NCBI GenBank assembly: GCA_950097015.1
Contig: CATNEN010000002.1
Span: 4,092,001-4,156,000, forward strand
Length of the DNA stretch: 64,000 nt
Reading direction: 5' to 3'
From: Macrostomum hystrix
Taxonomy: Eukaryota > Animalia > Platyhelminthes
Made by a program: the position numbers and the translations under genes
Notes under the pieces: model-generated
What the model was told of the DNA's origin: nothing
The model's database searches: none
What the model saw: the letters and a program-made list of their open reading frames with translations, nothing else
Part shown: positions 61,148 to 64,000 of the stretch, piece by piece
Layout: each line of letters starts with the position of its first letter
How positions within the stretch are numbered: the first letter of the stretch is position 1

Positions 61148-62265
61148 TCATCGACCCCAGCCTCTGTGCTGCTCCTGCGAGCTGGCGGTCCCCGGCTGAA
61201 TGCGGTGCCTGAGGAACCACCTGACAGCCAACGGCGACCGAAGCTGAAAATTAAGCAAAAGTACCAATGGTACTTGAGTTGGCTTGAATAATCAAGGTAT
61301 TGGAGAATATAATAAAAAAATTTATGCTGCGATCTAAAAAAGGTTCAAAAGGATTTATGACATGAATTTTTTAATAATCCTGGGATCTGGGAGATTGAAG
61401 TAATAATCCTGGGATCTGGGAGATTGAAGTAATAATCCTGGGATCTGGGAGATTGAAGTAATAATCCTGGGATCTAAGAAATTGAAGTAATAATCCTGGG
61501 ATCTGGGAGATTGAAGTAATAATCCTGGGATCTAAGAAATTGAAGTAATAATCCTGGGATCAGGGAGATTAAAGTAATAATCCTGGGATCTGGGAGATTG
61601 AAGTAATAATCCTGGGATCTGGGAGATTGAAGAAATAATCCTGGGATCTGGGAGATTGAAGTAATAATCCTGCGATCTGGGAGATTGAAGTAATAATCCT
61701 AAGATCTGGGAGATTGAAGAAATAATCCAGGGATCTAGGGGATTGAAGTAATAATCCTGGGATCTGGGAGATTGAAGTAATAATCCTGGGATCTGGGAGA
61801 TTGAAGTAATAATCCTGGGATCTGGGAGATTGAAGTAATAATCCTGGGATCTGGGAGATTGAAGTAATAATCCTGGGATCAGGGAGATTGAAGTAATAAT
61901 CCTGGGATCAGGGAGATTGAAGTAATAATCCTGGGATCAGGGAGATTGAAGTAATAATCCTGGGATCTGGGAGAGTGAAGGATCAATCTCGGGATTTGGG
62001 GAGATTGAAGTAATAATCCTGGAATCTGGGAGAATAGATATAGATATTGGGCAGATAATTTAAGCTTGTCTCTCACCTCCTCATTGGGCCTATTCTGCTC
62101 AAGATCCCTCTCGCCAGACGAGCTGCCAGTCAAGATCCTGTCATCACCGTCATCAGCCAGCAGCCGATGATCAACAAGATCAGCAGAGCCAAGAGAAGCA
62201 GCTGTTACACAAGCAAACAGCCCAGATGCCCCTAGAATCATAGCCAATAGACTCAACGGACTCAT
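61148..62265 (-). CDS. Candidate secreted neuropeptide precursor (94 aa; C-terminal ..QHRGW-GR*)
   Basis: Exon 62265-62077 has a signal peptide (MSPLSLLAMILGASGLFACVTAA) and an acidic spacer, with donor GAG|GTGAGA (phase 0). Exon 61243-61148 follows TTTTCAG and ends in the amidation signal G-R-stop. Confidence 0.55.
61372..62030. repeat. 29-bp intronic array (TGGGAGATTGAAGTAATAATCCTGGGATC)n
   Basis: About 22 units. Confidence 0.96.
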
Positions 62266-62924
62266 GCCGGTGTGTTAGTACTTTGAGCAGGCAGTTCTCT
62301 ACGCAGCGAGAAATATATATTTTACAATTCAGTCATCGACAGGCCATATTTATAGGGATAATTCTAGTGTGCCATCGCAATAACAGGTGCGGATGCTTTC
62401 AAGAAATGGAAATTCACACATCTTGAATGCTAGCAGTTTTGAGTAGAATAGTTTCACAATGGCCAGTTGAATAATTGAGCGCCTGACACTAATTACAGGT
62501 TGCACTGTTGCATATACGATAACTAGTTAGGCCTGAAATACCTACAACACTCGAGACCAATGCCAGCTGGATGTCAATAATTTAAACAAAACAAAACAGA
62601 TAAAATCCGGGTGTTAGAGTTTCAAATAAGTTATCAAACACGTGCTTTTTTCTCATCCACTCATCCATCAAATTTCAATTTCATTAGATTTAATATGAAA
62701 TATTTAAGCAGCTCTTATAATTATCCGTAATAATTAGAATGGCAAACAAAACATTGAACAGCGCAACAGAAGATAAACAGGCGGACACAGTGTTAGGAAA
62801 AGCAAATAAATTGTCAAATGTCAATTAAGATATCTAGAGCAAAAGTAAACAAGGTAAAACATTTTGCATTCTGTAGATAATTAAAATAGCTGGGTTAAAG
62901 TAGTTCAGCCCTAATCACTACACC

Positions 62925-63590
62925 ATCTCAAATAATCTCAGATCCAAGCCTTGAAGAATTTGAGATCCCCATCTCAAAGGATCGAAGATCCCATCTCAAA
63001 GTATCTGAGATCCCCATCTCAAAGGATCGAAGATCCCATCTCAAAGGATCTAAGATCCCCATCTCAAAGGATCTGAGAATCCCATCTGAAAGGATCTGAG
63101 ATCCCGATCTTAAAGGATCTGAAATCCCCATCTCAAAGGATCTGAGAATCTCATCTCAAAGGATCTGAAATCCCCATCTCAAAGGATCTGAGAATCTCAT
63201 CTCAAAGGATCTGAAATCCCCATCTCAAAGGATCTGAAATCCCCATCTCAAAGGATCTGAGAATCTCATCTCAAAGGATCTGAGAATACCATCTCAAAGA
63301 ATCTGAGAATCCCATCTCAAAGGATCTGAGAATACCATCTCAAAGAATCTGAGAATCCCATCTTAAAGGATCTGAGAATCCCATCTGAAAGGATCTGAGA
63401 ATCCCATCTGAAAGGACCTGAGAATCCCATCTGAAAGGATCTGAGATCCCATCTCAAAGGATCTGAGATCCCAATCTCAAAGGATCTGAGATCCCTATCT
63501 TAAAGGATCTGAGATCCCATCTCAAACGATCTAAGATCCCCATCTCAAGGGATCTGAGATCCTATCTCAATCGATCCTAGATCCCAACCT
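62925..63590. repeat. 22-23-bp array (GATCCCATCTCAAAGGATCTGA)n
   Basis: About 29 variant units. Confidence 0.95.
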
Positions 63591-64000
63591 TCGATACTGT
63601 GGGATTTCTTTAAACTAGCTGGGAGCCGAAAGAAAACATAAACATAAAGGCAAAAATATTCAGAAAACGTGAATAAAATAGCAGAACAGAAGAAAAGAAA
63701 CGAGGTCCCAAGAAGCTTCACTGTGTTACTCACAGTAGCAAATGATACATTTTCAGAAATGTCTCGGCGCAGACAAATAAACTGCCATGGGATTGATTTG
63801 GACAAGCAAAGTAACGGCAGTTAGCAGTAGGCAGGACAGACAGAAACAAACCAAATACAATTACAACAGCTAATAAAATATATGAAGAGCTGCTTTCGCA
63901 AATTTCCATAATAGAAATTTATGATTGCTCAAAACGTGCTAGAATAAATCGGCCAAATTTTTTAGTTCTTAAAATCCACTAAGTTCAATAGTTGAACTTG

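Noticed and set aside
12808-62030. Consistent purine-rich orientation of intronic arrays on the pre-mRNA strand
   Set aside because: It holds for several arrays but is contradicted by those at 41204, 55242 and 61372.

Overview
Animal genomic DNA: intron-containing genes, polyQ/polyA tracts and about 25 unrelated minisatellite arrays covering roughly a quarter of the window. The style suggests a free-living flatworm such as Macrostomum, but this is inference only. Hand-built GT-AG gene models, mostly phase-consistent, are: an orphan + strand gene (about 1.2-4.8 kb); a membrane-anchored PEP-synthase/rifampicin-phosphotransferase-like enzyme (-); FoxP (-); a nicotinic acetylcholine receptor alpha subunit (-); a multi-zinc-ribbon + LRAT/NlpC-P60 protein (+); a strongly divergent Wnt (-); NuSAP1 (-); liprin-beta (-); and a candidate amidated-neuropeptide precursor (-). 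Mobile DNA includes a TIR- and TSD-bounded non-autonomous Merlin element, two tRNA-headed SINE-like families and several fold-back/MITE-like elements. The most striking unexplained signal is a textbook heat-shock promoter (three perfect HSEs plus TATAAATA at 30724-30849) with no heat-shock-protein ORF downstream. Most long ORFs in the supplied track that cross tandem arrays are repeat artefacts. No database searches were run; all identities rest on recalled motifs.
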